Source: Alicycliphilus sp. UBA6560
GTDB taxonomy: Bacteria > Pseudomonadota > Gammaproteobacteria > Burkholderiales > Burkholderiaceae_C
DNA length: 64,000 nucleotides
Reading direction: 5' to 3'
Assembly: GCA_002434305.1 (NCBI GenBank)
Contig: DJJU01000001.1
Coordinates: forward strand, 53,051 to 117,050
This document shows positions 62,274 to 64,000 of the stretch, one piece after another; positions within the stretch are counted from its first letter, which is position 1; each line of letters begins with the position of its first letter. Under the pieces are notes generated by a model, which did no database searches, was not told the DNA's origin, and saw only the letters and a program-made list of their open reading frames with translations. Made by a program: the position numbers and the translations under genes.

Positions 62274-63608
62274 CTAGGCGCCGCCCGCCAGCTCCTGCGC
62301 CCGCTCCTGCAGCAGGGCGCGCTCGCGGCCGTTGCCGGCCAGCGCGGCGGCGCGCAGCAGTTCGGCCCGCGCCTCGTGCACCCGGCCCAGGCGCAGCAAG
62401 AAGTCCGCCCGCACGGCCGGCAGCCAGTGGTAGCGCGCCAGCGCGGGCTCGGCCCGCAGCGGCTCCAGCACTGCCAGCCCGGCGGCCGGGCCGTCGGCCA
62501 TGCCCACGGCCACGGCGCGGTTCAGCTCCACCACCGGCGACGGCTGGCGCGCCGCCAGTGCGCCATACAGCCCGGCGATGCGCCGCCAGTCGGTGGCCGC
62601 GGCGCTGGGCGCGCGGGCGTGGCAGGCGGCGATCGCCGCCTGCAGCGTGTACGGCCCTCGCGCCGGAGCCAGCGCTTCGGCCTGCGCCAGCGCCGCCAGG
62701 CCGCGGCGCAGCAGCAGGCGGTCCCAGCGGCGGCGGTCCTGGTCGGCCAGCAGCACCGGCCGGCCCCGGGCGTCGGTGCGCGCCGGCATGCGCGCGGCCT
62801 GCAGCTCCAGCAGCGCGGCCAGGCCGTGCACTTCGGCCTGGTCGGCGGGCGCCAGGGGCCGGCCGGCGCGGGCGCGACGCAGCACCAGGGCCGCCAGCCT
62901 GCGCGCCAGGCGCAGCGCCTCGTCCACCAGCGCCGGGCGCATCCAGTCGTCGCCCTCGCTGGCGGCATAGCCCTCGTTGAAGATCAGGTAGACCACCTCC
63001 AGCACCGCCGCCAGCCGCGCCGGCAGCTCCTCGCCGCCGGGCACCTCGAAGGGCACGCCGGCTTCGGCCAGCGTGCGCTGGGCGCGCACCAGGCGCTGCG
63101 CCATGGCGCCCTCGCTGACCAGGTAGGCGCGGGCCACGGCCGCCGTGGACAGCCCGGCCACCAGCTTCAGCGTGAGCGCGCTGCGCGCCGACGCCGGCAG
63201 CAGCGGGTGGCAGGCGGTGAAGACCAGGCCCAGCACCTCGTCGTCCACCGCGTCGCCCCGGGCCTGGGCGCGGCGCTCGTCCAGGCCTGCGGCGGCGTCG
63301 GGGGCGTACAGGGCCTGCTGCGCCTGCAGTTCGCCGGCGATCAGGTCGGCCGCGGCGCTGCGCACCTGCTGGCGCCGCAGGTGGTCCAGCGCGCGGCGGC
63401 GCACGGCGGCCATCAGCCAGGCGCCGGGGCTGTTCGGGATGCCGTTCACGGGCCAGTGCTCCAGGGCGGAGACGAGCACGTCCTGCGCCAGTTCCTCGGC
63501 CACGCCCAGGTCGCGCACCACGCGCGCGGCGTGGGCCACGACCTTGGCGGCCTCGATGCGCCAGACGGCGGCGACGGCCTGGCGGGCGGCGTCGTCGGCG
63601 CCGGGCAC
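62274..63608 (-). CDS. ECF-type sigma factor with a long C-terminal TPR-like extension (ECF42-like)
   Basis: Region 2 AEELAQDVLVSALEHWP, region 4 LSTAAVARAYLVSEGAMAQRLVRAQRTL. The extension has GPYTLQAAIAACHA...SPVVELNRAVAV...YHWLPAVRADFLLRLGR. GTG start 1 nt after the upstream stop. Confidence 0.8.
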   Translation of the reverse strand: MPGADDAARQAVAAVWRIEAAKVVAHAARVVRDLGVAEELAQDVLVSALEHWPVNGIPNSPGAWLMAAVRRRALDHLRRQQVRSAAADLIAGELQAQQALYAPDAAAGLDERRAQARGDAVDDEVLGLVFTACHPLLPASARSALTLKLVAGLSTAAVARAYLVSEGAMAQRLVRAQRTLAEAGVPFEVPGGEELPARLAAVLEVVYLIFNEGYAASEGDDWMRPALVDEALRLARRLAALVLRRARAGRPLAPADQAEVHGLAALLELQAARMPARTDARGRPVLLADQDRRRWDRLLLRRGLAALAQAEALAPARGPYTLQAAIAACHARAPSAAATDWRRIAGLYGALAARQPSPVVELNRAVAVGMADGPAAGLAVLEPLRAEPALARYHWLPAVRADFLLRLGRVHEARAELLRAAALAGNGRERALLQERAQELAGGA

Positions 63609-63609
63609 G

Positions 63610-64000
63610 TCAGGCGGCGGCGGGAGGCGTGGCGGGCGCGGCGGCCATGTCCATGTACATCAGTTCCCAGCCGTGGCCGTCCATGTCGTCGAAGGCGCGG
63701 TAGTACATGAAGCCGTGGTCCTGCGCCGGCCGCGGCTCGGTGGCGCCAGCAGCCAGCGCCCTGGCCATCAGCGCGTCCACCTCGCCCCGGCTGTCGCACG
63801 ACAGGCACAGCAGCACCTGGGCGCTCTCGCGCGCATCGGCGATGCGCTTGGCGGTGAAGGTCTGGAAGAACGGCCGCACCAGCAGCATGGCGTAGATGTC
63901 CTCGCTGATGACCATGCAGGCGCCCTGCTCGTTGGTGAACTGCGGGTTGAAGGAAAAGCCCAGCGCCTCGAAGAAGGCGCGCGAGCGCTGCATGTCGGCG
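63610..64000 (-). CDS. VOC (glyoxalase/bleomycin-resistance) family protein, 5' end beyond the window
   Basis: ...DMQRSRAFFEALGFSFNPQFTNEQGACMVISEDIYAMLL...FMYYRAFDDMDGHGWELMYMD. The reading frame stays open to the window edge. Confidence 0.7.
   Translation of the reverse strand, partial: ADMQRSRAFFEALGFSFNPQFTNEQGACMVISEDIYAMLLVRPFFQTFTAKRIADARESAQVLLCLSCDSRGEVDALMARALAAGATEPRPAQDHGFMYYRAFDDMDGHGWELMYMDMAAAPATPPAAA

Overview
High-GC (roughly 65-75% in hand-counted lines) chromosomal segment. Gene content suggests a beta-proteobacterium, probably Burkholderiales/Comamonadaceae: tyrS-M23-anmK-erpA-rpsI-rplM synteny, an SAH-riboswitch ahcY operon, a Bug/TctC binding protein, TRAP and GltIJKL transporters, and a recurrent intergenic palindromic repeat. 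The taxon is an inference. I can support about 62 protein-coding genes, one riboswitch, several intrinsic terminators and at least 9 copies of an intergenic repeat. I recognised no rRNA, tRNA, CRISPR array, transposase or integrase. Many long ORFs in the six-frame track are antisense shadow ORFs typical of high-GC DNA, and I discarded them. Most of the window is housekeeping: glmS, glmU, tyrS, anmK, erpA, rpsI, rplM, rlmJ, rlpA, metF, ahcY, prfC, corA, cbpAM. Four accessory loci deserve a second look. (1) At 14.8-22.7 kb, three tandem phage-tail-collar (COG4675/MdpB-like) paralogs with no prophage nearby sit directly upstream of a 1540-aa beta-propeller/Ig-array surface protein that ends in an IPTL-CTERM sorting signal. 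Next to them are two paralogous small proteins (one with a Tat signal) flanking a GNAT. This is my best candidate for an undescribed system. (2) At 10.2-13.3 kb, a translationally coupled GT2 / ACAD-like / PIG-L deacetylase / NodS-like methyltransferase operon. (3) At 1.9-8.4 kb, a CheR/CheB pair with no MCP, embedded between a CHASE3-GAF triple-receiver hybrid kinase and a REC-kinase fusion. (4) At 45.6-48.4 kb, a sharply low-GC islet encoding an 815-aa polytopic GT-C-like protein and a small flippase-like protein, placed beside a high-GC GtrB-like GT2 and a HAD phosphatase. All coordinates were derived by hand from the sequence and the ORF track. Start codons marked as uncertain should be treated that way.
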